Below, piece by piece: positions 7,297 to 15,014 of a stretch of DNA of 64,000 bases. The position numbers were made by a program, and so were the translations under genes. The stretch lies in sequence record NC_047885.1. One strand, 5' to 3'. How positions within the stretch are numbered: position 1 is the stretch's first letter; every line of letters begins with the position of its first letter. The DNA is from Escherichia phage chee24. The notes under the pieces were generated by a model. It ran no database searches. It was not told the origin of the DNA and was given only the letters and a program-made list of their open reading frames with translations.

Positions 7297-7713
7297 ATGA
7301 GTAAATATGGTTTTGTAAACAACGGATTTAATCAACAAATGGGCTCCCAGCAGCCCGTTCCGGGTCTGGATAATCCTTACCTACAACAGTTGCAACAGCG
7401 TTTAGCAGAAGCGCAACAGATGCAGCAACAACTCCAGCAAAACCCTGGAAGTGTGAGTCCTATGCAAATGATGCAGCAAATGAGCGGGCAGTCGCAAATG
7501 CCTCAACAAATGCAGCAACAGGTGCCTCAGCAGCAAGTTCAGCAACAAACCCAACAACCGCAGGTTTCTGCGGAAGGACAGGCAGTACTAGCTCTTTTCG
7601 AAGATTTCGCAAAGACAGAGGATGGGAAACAGCTTGTATCACTTATGGGTAAGTTTAATAGCTTCTGCCAAAGCCAGGTTGCAAAAGCTCAAAATGGTGA
7701 TAATAACTCCTAA
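7297..7713 (+). CDS. Gln-rich low-complexity protein (138 aa)
   Basis: ATG behind GGGGAGGAG RBS; long QQ(M/L)QQ tracts. Confidence 0.55.
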   Translation: MSKYGFVNNGFNQQMGSQQPVPGLDNPYLQQLQQRLAEAQQMQQQLQQNPGSVSPMQMMQQMSGQSQMPQQMQQQVPQQQVQQQTQQPQVSAEGQAVLALFEDFAKTEDGKQLVSLMGKFNSFCQSQVAKAQNGDNNS

Positions 7714-7722
7714 GGAGGAATT

Positions 7723-7917
7723 ATGTGTTGCAGAAAATCTGTTTCGTGCTGCCCAATGCCTGTAGCACGTTGTTGCTCTCCAGCAATGTTTACACAAATA
7801 CCGGCGTTCAATCCCTTTGCCTTTAAGCCTACTCTTATCCTGCCCCCTAGAGTAGATTTTCAGTCAAGATTGGCCTCCCGTATGGGTGGTTGCTGTAACA
7901 AGAGTATATGGTTCTAA
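7723..7917 (+). CDS. small Cys-rich protein (64 aa) with four Cys-Cys doublets
   Basis: ATG behind AAGGAGG RBS; sequence MCCRKSVSCC..RCCS..GGCCNK. Confidence 0.5.
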   Translation: MCCRKSVSCCPMPVARCCSPAMFTQIPAFNPFAFKPTLILPPRVDFQSRLASRMGGCCNKSIWF

Positions 7918-7933
7918 AGAACCAATAATAAAA

Positions 7934-7966
7934 AGCCCCTAGTCGAAAGACTTAGGGGCTTTTCTC
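7934..7966 (+). terminator. rho-independent terminator ending the plus-strand cassette
   Basis: Stem AGCCCCTAGTC / GACTTAGGGGCT with GAAA loop, followed by TTTTCTC. Confidence 0.7.
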
Positions 7967-7975
7967 TTATCTTAA

Positions 7976-8014
7976 ATACAGAAAAGCCCTGCGCTCTCCA
8001 GGGAACGCAGGGCT
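7976..8014 (-). terminator. rho-independent terminator downstream of the SPFH gene
   Basis: Stem AGCCCTGCG/CGCAGGGCT; minus-sense T-tract from plus AGAAAA. Confidence 0.6.
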
Positions 8015-8038
8015 TACTTCGAATATTACGTGTGGGTA

Positions 8039-8986
8039 TTACTTGTTACGCATATCCATAATCATCTGGCCATCATAACCAGTGCCAACCACAGTCTGCG
8101 GTACACCACCTTGATACTTCTGAGCACGAATCATTTCAACTTCTAGTTGCTTCCAGCGAATCATCTCAGGAGTAATGGTACGTTGCAGAGCAGCGTTAGC
8201 TTCAGCTTCTTTCTTAGCTGCATACAGTTTAGCATCTGCATCACGTTCGTTTGCAATAGCTTGGTTGTTACGAGCTTCACGATCTGCTTCTGCTTGTTTA
8301 ACCTTCTGCTGTGCTTCTTGTTCAACGCGAGCTAATTCAGCTTTCGCAGCATTAACTTGTTCTTCGCGAACTTTGGTATTCTGTACCTGTTCCATAATTA
8401 CCGGTGGCAATGTAATATCCTGAAGGAACACTTGCTTAACTGTGTAACCATAGGGGCGTGCATACTCTTCAACTTCCTGTTGAATTGCAGTTTGCAATTG
8501 TGCTTGAATTTTAGCATCAAACAAATCTTGTGCTTTAGGTACAGACTTACCAAACTCACGAATAGTAGACAGTAATTTTTCAGTTACATACTTATCTAGA
8601 GCCTGATCTTGAGTACCCGCATTAATACGGTTGATCGGTGCCTTAGAACCATCAAACTGCAACATAACAGTCAGGTCAACAGTGGATTTAAACTTATCCT
8701 GGCTAGGAACCTGAAGTTTATCTAATTTTACAGCAATATCTTTTGTACTAAAAGTATCGAAAGATGCAAATGGGTTTACAAGATGGAAACCAGGTAATAC
8801 TGGGTTAGGATCTACTTTACCTAGAAATGTTTGGGTTTTAACCGTACCATCAGAAACAATAGTATATGAATTAAAAGCTAGGATTAAACCTGCTAAACCA
8901 ACTACAGCACCAATACTCCAACGTTTAATAGTGCGAATTACTTTTTGCTCAGAAGTCAGTTCTTTCATATTTTTAGTATTAGACAT
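8039..8986 (-). CDS. SPFH/band-7 (prohibitin/HflC-like) membrane protein (315 aa)
   Basis: N-terminal membrane anchor (WSIGAVVGLAGLILAF), SPFH-like core, long Ala/Glu/Gln-rich coiled-coil C-terminus. Confidence 0.65.
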   Translation of the reverse strand: MSNTKNMKELTSEQKVIRTIKRWSIGAVVGLAGLILAFNSYTIVSDGTVKTQTFLGKVDPNPVLPGFHLVNPFASFDTFSTKDIAVKLDKLQVPSQDKFKSTVDLTVMLQFDGSKAPINRINAGTQDQALDKYVTEKLLSTIREFGKSVPKAQDLFDAKIQAQLQTAIQQEVEEYARPYGYTVKQVFLQDITLPPVIMEQVQNTKVREEQVNAAKAELARVEQEAQQKVKQAEADREARNNQAIANERDADAKLYAAKKEAEANAALQRTITPEMIRWKQLEVEMIRAQKYQGGVPQTVVGTGYDGQMIMDMRNK

Positions 8987-9020
8987 ATATTTCCTTTGTT
9001 TTAGTTACAGTTAATAAAAT

Positions 9021-9095
9021 TGGCCGAGGTGACAGGATTCGAACCTGCATAAAGGAATTTAGAAGACTCCTGCCTCTCCCTTAGACTACACCCCG
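9021..9095 (-). tRNA. tRNA-Arg (anticodon UCU), CCA encoded
   Basis: Acceptor CGGGGTG/CACCTCG, anticodon stem GGAGT/ATTCC with loop CTTCTAA, T-arm GCAGG-TTCGAAT-CCTGT. Confidence 0.6.
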
Positions 9096-9597
9096 TTTAA
9101 GTATTTTTAAGAACTCTCGTAAAAACTCTTAAAAATACAGACGATACCGGGAGAGTCATAAGTCTCACTCATTAAGTATTTCAAGACAAAATACAGTAAC
9201 GTCTATTATTTTCCAGTTTAAGTCAAGGTGACTTAGTGGTTATGTCCTGCGGTATACTGAGGACTAGGTTAGGTTAGGGTCATGACTCCCCACCTTTTTG
9301 CTGCTACTCAACAGGAGTTATCGCGAATTACCTGTGCTATTGTGCACCATTAGTGGCATCTCTCATGCCAGCATTTCCCACTTTGTGGATAGTTTGAAAA
9401 ACTACTCCGATATGGAGAAAGAACTTCACTATCCTAGAATACCTTCTAAAGTTCTTCTTTAGCCTGGACATAGTTAAATCGTAATAAAACTATTCAGCAG
9501 ACTGGTTGGTTAGTCTGGAACCAACTACCGCGTGGTTTAGGCAGTGCGCAACTAACCTCGGAAGCTTTTACATTAAAAGCACCAGTTATCCAGTTCT

Positions 9598-9670
9598 TAC
9601 CGACCGTAGGATTCGAACCTACATCTTCCACCAGTTACGGCTTGATAATACCGTTTTATACTAGATCGGC
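9598..9670 (-). ncRNA. tRNA-like element (canonical acceptor stem and T-arm, irregular core)
   Basis: Acceptor GCCGATC/GGTCGGT and T-arm GTAGG-TTCGAAT-CCTAC; no standard anticodon arm identified. Confidence 0.3.
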
Positions 9671-9893
9671 AGTGTTACTACATAAGTGATTTCCACACCC
9701 CACTATCAGTAAATTAGAGAAGAGTTTAGGGGAGAGGTTTCAGACGCCCCATTTTACACGTTCTAGCCACTAACCGGGATTGCCGCCCCCTGTGTACTAG
9801 TTTTCCAACTAACCCACCGACTCTATTCAATGCGCTCCGGTTGGGATTCTGCACTCAGCGTAATCGGCTCGCTGTTCTCTAATTTATGAATAT

Positions 9894-9922
9894 ATTATAC
9901 AGAATTTATAAGCATTTAGCAA
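9894..9922 (-). promoter_or_regulatory. sigma70-like early promoter (minus sense TTGCTA-17-TATAAT)
   Basis: Plus-strand ATTATA 9894-9899 and TAGCAA 9917-9922; points into the 9100-9700 region, tRNA-Arg and the SPFH gene. Confidence 0.55.
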
Positions 9923-9930
9923 ATAAATTT

Positions 9931-10374
9931 TTAATTAAATTCGCCAGCAATCTGAGCAGCAGTACCACCATCATAACGCCCAGGAAATTCTTCCTTAATC
10001 GCTTTCATCAGCATACCTTTTGTAATTCCAGGGTTTAGCTTAACTAATTCTGCAAAGTATTTACGAATCTCAGTATCAGATAACTGAGGAGGCAGATACT
10101 CCTGCAACCACTTATTTAGAATGTATTCATACTGAGTGGACTGCAAGCTATAACTATCAAGATCTTGACCATGAAGTTTAGCTTTCATCTGGTTAATGCT
10201 TTTTAGTTGAGCTTTGAGATAAGACACAAATTGTTCAGAAGTGATGAAATCTTTATCAATACGCTGAAGATCCCCGATTATGGTCTGATAGCTTTTAGCG
10301 ACTTCTTTATCAGAACCATTAAACTTAGAATCCTGCAAAGCTCTACGCAAAACATCTAAAATATTCTCTTCCAT
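9931..10374 (-). CDS. GatB/YqeY-domain protein (147 aa)
   Basis: C-terminal YLPPQLSDTEI...GRYDGGTAAQIA resembles the YqeY family signature. Confidence 0.55.
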   Translation of the reverse strand: MEENILDVLRRALQDSKFNGSDKEVAKSYQTIIGDLQRIDKDFITSEQFVSYLKAQLKSINQMKAKLHGQDLDSYSLQSTQYEYILNKWLQEYLPPQLSDTEIRKYFAELVKLNPGITKGMLMKAIKEEFPGRYDGGTAAQIAGEFN

Positions 10375-10544
10375 TATTTCATTCCTAACGCTTGGTTAAA
10401 AGATTGTTCTGTCATAACTGCTGAGACTTTGGCGAAATCAAACTTTTTAGGGTTCGTAGTGATCTCAGCAACGTTGGAAGTTTTAACAGTTTTCGTAGTA
10501 CGAATACCGCGAGTATTAACACCAATAATTACAACTGATTTCAT
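10374..10544 (-). CDS. small hypothetical protein (56 aa)
   Basis: Unlisted ORF; stop overlaps the next ATG as TAATG. Confidence 0.3.
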   Translation of the reverse strand: MKSVVIIGVNTRGIRTTKTVKTSNVAEITTNPKKFDFAKVSAVMTEQSFNQALGMK

Positions 10545-10575
10545 ATTTCGCTTCCTCTCATTAATTTATGAAAGT

Positions 10576-10604
10576 ATTATACAGAAGTTTAAGTATTTAA
10601 GCAA
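10576..10604 (-). promoter_or_regulatory. sigma70-like early promoter (minus sense TTGCTT-17-TATAAT)
   Basis: Plus-strand ATTATA 10576-10581 and AAGCAA 10599-10604. Confidence 0.55.
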
Positions 10605-10612
10605 ATAAATTT

Positions 10613-11080
10613 TTAAGTTTTAGTGACAACAGGCTTATAAAATGTATGTCCCTTAATCTTAGTTGTTTTCTTAAACTTCTTTGTCCAGTATGGTTTATCT
10701 TTACCACTATGGAAGTATAAAGCTCCATGTGTAGGATCTTGTGGTAAATCAACGTAGTATATCACTCTAGCTAAATTCTTGGCGGTTTGCCAAGCCTCAT
10801 CAGTTTTATCAACTTTTGGTCTCTTAGATACCCAAGAGAACTGGTTAGACTGATATACTACTTTACAGTAGGAATCTGGGAATTTACCGGAGTTTACACG
10901 GTTTTTAGTAACATGTGCAATCGCCGTCATTCCCTTTATGCCCTCACCACGACTTTCGAAATAGATATTTTTAGCAATGCAATCTATTTCTTTTGCATCG
11001 TGCGATGCCTGACTACTAAAGCTGAAGGTAAGGGCAGCTACTAAAAGCAAAGCTGCCTTCATTCTTTTTACTCCTGCCAA
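10613..11080 (-). CDS. secreted cell-wall hydrolase, SleB/Hydrolase_2-like (155 aa)
   Basis: Signal-peptide-like MKAALLLVAALTFSFSSQA, then IYFESRGEGIKGMTAIAHVTKNRV motif. Confidence 0.6.
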   Translation of the reverse strand: MAGVKRMKAALLLVAALTFSFSSQASHDAKEIDCIAKNIYFESRGEGIKGMTAIAHVTKNRVNSGKFPDSYCKVVYQSNQFSWVSKRPKVDKTDEAWQTAKNLARVIYYVDLPQDPTHGALYFHSGKDKPYWTKKFKKTTKIKGHTFYKPVVTKT

Positions 11081-11385
11081 TCATATTCAACACGATTGGG
11101 ATTTTCTTTATACCCTAAGTCAAGCAAATCATTACGCATAGTTTGCTTAGCTACGGGATTCGAGGTTACTAGTACCACTTTCTTTGGTCTCTGCCCAAAT
11201 TCTAAGAGTAAACGAAGAATTTGATAACCTTCCATACCATCTACAGCCAAGTCATTATCCATATAAACAAAGTGGCCTGTGGTATCAGTTTTATTCAGAA
11301 ACTCGACAGCGGCTTCTGGGGTTCGAATGATAATGTCCATTCCATGAAGATTACGCACATCATCAATCAAAATATGAAAAGTCAT
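11068..11385 (-). CDS. hypothetical protein (105 aa), possibly receiver-like fold
   Basis: ORF; weak resemblance to phage cyclic-phosphate-processing receiver domains (HILIDDVR...). Confidence 0.45.
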   Translation of the reverse strand: MTFHILIDDVRNLHGMDIIIRTPEAAVEFLNKTDTTGHFVYMDNDLAVDGMEGYQILRLLLEFGQRPKKVVLVTSNPVAKQTMRNDLLDLGYKENPNRVEYDWQE

Positions 11386-11415
11386 AATAGCCTCGTTTCA
11401 TCAATTTAAAAATAT

Positions 11416-11444
11416 ATTATACAGAAAACTTAATAAATTAGCAA
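11416..11444 (-). promoter_or_regulatory. sigma70-like early promoter (minus sense TTGCTA-17-TATAAT)
   Basis: Plus-strand ATTATA 11416-11421 and TAGCAA 11439-11444. Confidence 0.55.
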
Positions 11445-11827
11445 ATACATTTTTAAATTGTGAAACTAGTAAACCGATAAACAGCCTAGAGGCGCCACAG
11501 GCCATATCTTACGAGCCATGTACCTTTGATCTAGGGTTTGAATCATCAACGAATACTTTGCATCTTTTAGCTTTAGAAGTTTAGAAGTTTGAGTTCTTTA
11601 AACTTTTCAGCTTTCATACTTAAATGTTGATCTTTGAAGTTGTGTCGGTAATATCAACGACGCTTTGTTTTTACGTGTCAGATTAAATGTCTGATGTAAT
11701 AAACATAATCTCCAATAGATTATACTTTATAGTATGGTCAGCGGTCTTATTTAACCTCGTATTTCAACCGCTGCTGCGAGGTAAGATGCTTGGGCTTTCG
11801 TCTACCGATTTACTAGCTTTTAAATTA

Positions 11828-12466
11828 TTACTCTACTTCAATGAAGGTAGAGGCGTTAGACTCGGACAGAACAAAGTCAACATTTGTTGCAAAGTCCTGA
11901 TATTCCTCGTCATGCTGCTTAATCAGCTTCTCCAGTTCCAGCGGATCAATCAAGAATGGAGTATTCTTGAGTTCCAGCAGGTTGAGCTGCATTTTAACTT
12001 CATCTTCGGAAGTTTTCTTATCGCGGGTAGCCATGCTATCCTGCAAACGCTCATATTTAGCATCAAACTGTGCTTTCTGCGTATTAAACTTAACCGTAGC
12101 GGCATGGAACTGCTTACGCATGTTAGCCAGCAGCTGAGCTTTAAGCTCCATAGAACGCTTAGCTTCAATTGCTTCCGCAACAGTCATCTTACGAGAACCA
12201 ATCTCAACTACTGTTTCCGCATTGCTCTTAATCAGAGCAGCTTTGATACGATCACGCTTGGACATCATATCCATGAGAGATTGGAAATCTGCCTTAATAC
12301 GTGCAGACAGATCGTCTACTTCGATTGCAGCGCCAACTACAACCTTATTTTTATCCTTACCTTCACCAACAGCGATCAGAAGCTGTTGTTCAGTAGCTTT
12401 ACGGATTTTAGCTTCCAGAGATTTGATAGTTGCCAGAGCGCGAGTTTTAGAGATACGAGTAGTCAT
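11828..12466 (-). CDS. hypothetical protein (212 aa)
   Basis: Minus-strand ORF with protein-like composition; preferred over the overlapping plus ORF. Confidence 0.55.
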   Translation of the reverse strand: MTTRISKTRALATIKSLEAKIRKATEQQLLIAVGEGKDKNKVVVGAAIEVDDLSARIKADFQSLMDMMSKRDRIKAALIKSNAETVVEIGSRKMTVAEAIEAKRSMELKAQLLANMRKQFHAATVKFNTQKAQFDAKYERLQDSMATRDKKTSEDEVKMQLNLLELKNTPFLIDPLELEKLIKQHDEEYQDFATNVDFVLSESNASTFIEVE

Positions 12467-12519
12467 TATTTGCTTCCTTATATGAAGTTTGAGATTTGAA
12501 TTTGTTTAAATTTGGTATA

Positions 12520-12702
12520 TTACAGACCAATTGCCAGCAGAGTGCGCAGAACAGTATCATTACTGTTATCAATTTTAGGATTAGCACGATTTAACAGATC
12601 AAAGATTTTCTGGATACCTGATTGACGTTCAGCCATACGACGTATACCAAGATTACGAGTAGCTTTCTTACCATTTTTACGAACATTTTTAGATACTGGC
12701 AT
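12520..12702 (-). CDS. small basic hypothetical protein (60 aa)
   Basis: ORF directly downstream of the promoter at 12743-12771. Confidence 0.4.
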   Translation of the reverse strand: MPVSKNVRKNGKKATRNLGIRRMAERQSGIQKIFDLLNRANPKIDNSNDTVLRTLLAIGL

Positions 12703-12742
12703 ATTTGTTTTCCTTTTATTGTTTTCTCAAATTTATGAATAT

Positions 12743-12771
12743 ATTATACAGAATTTTGGAGCCGGAAGCAA
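12743..12771 (-). promoter_or_regulatory. sigma70-like early promoter (minus sense TTGCTT-17-TATAAT)
   Basis: Plus-strand ATTATA 12743-12748 and AAGCAA 12766-12771. Confidence 0.55.
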
Positions 12772-12772
12772 A

Positions 12773-13474
12773 TCAAATTTTCATTTTTTCGATCATAGCT
12801 GCAACACAATAGCTTTCAACTAAGGCATCAAATGCAGGATCATGCTTAACCGGATATATCCCATAACGAATGGTGTCCATCTTCTCCATTTTAGCTATTG
12901 CCCAGCTAACACCTTCGGTCTCTAGAGCCTTATAACTGTATCCAGCTTGCATCCAGAGATTACGAAGAGATCGAACATTACCCAAATTCCAGAATTTCCA
13001 CGGAACTACCTCTTCATTGGTTCCAGCATGGAACGTGTTTGCAGAGTAGATAGTCATATCAAACTCTGGGCCATTGCCATAATACAAAGCATTTTCGCCT
13101 AGAGCCAACTCCATAATATTTTGGGCCATAGAGAAGGCAGCATAGTTTGAGCCTAATTTATTAGTGCAATGATGTTTACCATTTTGGAAGGCAATCAGTT
13201 TTGGATTACGTTCCTTCATAGCTTCCATAATATGTAGAGCTGATGGGCTATTCTTAGCTTGATCCATCCAGAATGCTAGAGTAGATGCCGTAACTTTAGC
13301 TCCAGAATTAAGCTGATCCTGCACATCCAAAGTAACAAATACTAAGTCAGGGTCTTTATCAATCCCATGCATAGCCACAAAAGCGAAAGAAGGCATTGCG
13401 ATATGAGTAGTACCACAATCTCCTGGAGTTCCTAGAGATTCAATATCTAGCATACCAAATGGTTTTACTTTCAT
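12773..13474 (-). CDS. DEDDh-type 3'-5' exonuclease-like protein (233 aa)
   Basis: N-terminal MLDIESLG (DxE) and C-terminal HDPAFDA (H-x4-D) motifs. Confidence 0.55.
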   Translation of the reverse strand: MKVKPFGMLDIESLGTPGDCGTTHIAMPSFAFVAMHGIDKDPDLVFVTLDVQDQLNSGAKVTASTLAFWMDQAKNSPSALHIMEAMKERNPKLIAFQNGKHHCTNKLGSNYAAFSMAQNIMELALGENALYYGNGPEFDMTIYSANTFHAGTNEEVVPWKFWNLGNVRSLRNLWMQAGYSYKALETEGVSWAIAKMEKMDTIRYGIYPVKHDPAFDALVESYCVAAMIEKMKI

Positions 13475-13502
13475 AACTTATCCTTTATTGTGTAGAAAAC
13501 TA

Positions 13503-13739
13503 TTAAAGAGCTGTCTCTTTAATAGACTCCCACTTCTTGGGGTCTTTAAAACCAGGAAGCATATCCTCACTGACATCCCAGTTCTCTTCCATAGAGAAGT
13601 CGGGCCATTCATTCCAGCTACCTTCCAGCTCTTCATAACAGGTATCCATTACCTCATGACTAGAAAGTCGTGTATAATCCCTAGCTGACTTATGGGTGCT
13701 AGCACGGTTAAAATCATTCTTTGCTACAAAATTACGCAT
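13503..13739 (-). CDS. hypothetical protein (78 aa)
   Basis: ORF in the minus-strand series. Confidence 0.45.
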   Translation of the reverse strand: MRNFVAKNDFNRASTHKSARDYTRLSSHEVMDTCYEELEGSWNEWPDFSMEENWDVSEDMLPGFKDPKKWESIKETAL

Positions 13740-13744
13740 AGTTT

Positions 13745-13772
13745 CTCCAAATAAGAGGGGCTTTCGCCCCCT
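13745..13772 (-). terminator. terminator-like GC hairpin after 13781-13996
   Basis: Hairpin AGGGGGC-TTTC-GCCCCCT; minus-sense T-rich run follows. Confidence 0.45.
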
Positions 13773-13780
13773 GATTTAAA

Positions 13781-13996
13781 TTACTTGCCCAGCAGTTTAA
13801 GGATATTTTCCATAATAGTTTGGGCAGATTTTTCACTCTTGTTGGTTTCAGCCAACTTTAAAGCGAGTTCTTCCTGCTGTTTCTGAATATCCGCAGCAAT
13901 TTTTTGATCAGCCTCAATACGAGCTTGAAGCTCATCAGTGATAGTGGTAAAGGAAGCAACGATTTCAGTAACGGAACGTGGTTTCTTAGAGAACAT
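13781..13996 (-). CDS. hypothetical protein (71 aa), predicted coiled coil
   Basis: ORF. Confidence 0.45.
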   Translation of the reverse strand: MFSKKPRSVTEIVASFTTITDELQARIEADQKIAADIQKQQEELALKLAETNKSEKSAQTIMENILKLLGK

Positions 13997-14060
13997 AAAA
14001 AATATCCTTGATTAGTTAGAGAATCAGTAGATTCTAGGGGCTCTCGCCCCTATTTATCTA

Positions 14061-14576
14061 TTACTTCGCTTTACGCTTGCGAGCTGGTTTAGCAGATTTA
14101 CGAGCAGAATCACCCGTGAACTTAATGCCTACACCGTAACACAGAGCACGAACATTATCTTTACTATACTCTACGCCAAAGATATTTGGCTTAACAGAAC
14201 CAAACTGTCCACGAGTATCACGCAATACATCTGCTGTTGGTTTACGCTTCTGGTTAACTGCCTTCTCATAGTCTTTCATAGACATACCATTACGAGAGAA
14301 CAATTCAGCCCCAGCGTTGAAGCTCAGGGAAACTGGGACAGATTTGTGGCCGTAATTTTCTACATACATAACCATTTTGTAGGATTTACGGGTAGCATTT
14401 TTAGCTTTAGGCTTCTGACGAATCGGAGCCGGATTATTCAGTGCTTGCGCAGCCTGAGCATCGGTAGGATGCTTACGCAGGTGACGTTCCAGGCGAGCTT
14501 TGCGATTAGCCTCAGTCTTCGGGAAAGTTTTAACTGCCGGAGCTGCTTGAGTTTTTGCGTTTTTCTGCTTAGCCAT
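14061..14576 (-). CDS. basic Lys/Arg-rich protein (171 aa), possible nucleic-acid binding
   Basis: ORF with highly basic termini. Confidence 0.5.
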   Translation of the reverse strand: MAKQKNAKTQAAPAVKTFPKTEANRKARLERHLRKHPTDAQAAQALNNPAPIRQKPKAKNATRKSYKMVMYVENYGHKSVPVSLSFNAGAELFSRNGMSMKDYEKAVNQKRKPTADVLRDTRGQFGSVKPNIFGVEYSKDNVRALCYGVGIKFTGDSARKSAKPARKRKAK

Positions 14577-14614
14577 TATTTATTTTCCTTTTTGTTTATC
14601 AATTTATGAAGTAT

Positions 14615-14643
14615 ATTATACGAGAATTTGAAGCGTTTAGCAA
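14615..14643 (-). promoter_or_regulatory. sigma70-like early promoter (minus sense TTGCTA-17-TATAAT)
   Basis: Plus-strand ATTATA 14615-14620 and TAGCAA 14638-14643. Confidence 0.55.
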
Positions 14644-14659
14644 CTGAATTTTTTAAAAA

Positions 14660-14938
14660 TTATCTACCAACCATCTTGGCTTGTTCTGCATCGGAAACAT
14701 ATTGATACGCTCCTTTATTATACGCTGGAGCAGTACACATTTTCTTACGCTCAATCTCTTCTTGAGCTTTTCTTTCGCGTTCAGCTAATTCTTCATCCAG
14801 ATAAACTAAACGTTGTTCTGGAGGAGGTGGAAGACGTGTTTCTGGCTCACCAATATTAGCCTTTCTTATTTGACGAGGTGATTGTGCACGTTTTCTCAAC
14901 GGTTTAAATCCTAATGAATTTGAGTTATAAATTCGCAT
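14660..14938 (-). CDS. hypothetical protein (92 aa)
   Basis: ORF. Confidence 0.45.
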   Translation of the reverse strand: MRIYNSNSLGFKPLRKRAQSPRQIRKANIGEPETRLPPPPEQRLVYLDEELAERERKAQEEIERKKMCTAPAYNKGAYQYVSDAEQAKMVGR

Positions 14939-14965
14939 AAAGCCCTCCTCACTTTCAATACGAAT

Positions 14966-14994
14966 ATTATACTAAATTAGAGGGCTTTAAGCAA
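14966..14994 (-). promoter_or_regulatory. sigma70-like early promoter (minus sense TTGCTT-17-TATAAT)
   Basis: Plus-strand ATTATA 14966-14971 and AAGCAA 14989-14994. Confidence 0.5.
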
Positions 14995-15014
14995 GAAGAT
15001 TTTTAATTTATTTA

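Noticed and set aside
6462-7642. Minus- and plus-strand ORFs (6462-6758, 6845-7063, 6856-7338, 7460-7642) overlapping the cassette genes
   Set aside because: All lie inside or antisense to 6296-7275 and 7297-7713, which have strong RBSs and a promoter; their Pro/Arg/Ser-rich composition looks like shadow frames of GC-richer coding sequence.
8147-8575. Three plus-strand ORFs inside the SPFH gene
   Set aside because: Antisense shadow ORFs with Cys/Leu/Phe-rich low-complexity translations and no RBS.
11687-12499. 270-aa plus-strand ORF
   Set aside because: Lies antisense to the better-supported minus-strand gene 11828-12466; Leu/Phe/Ser-rich composition typical of the reverse strand of a real gene, no RBS, wrong strand for the local transcription unit.
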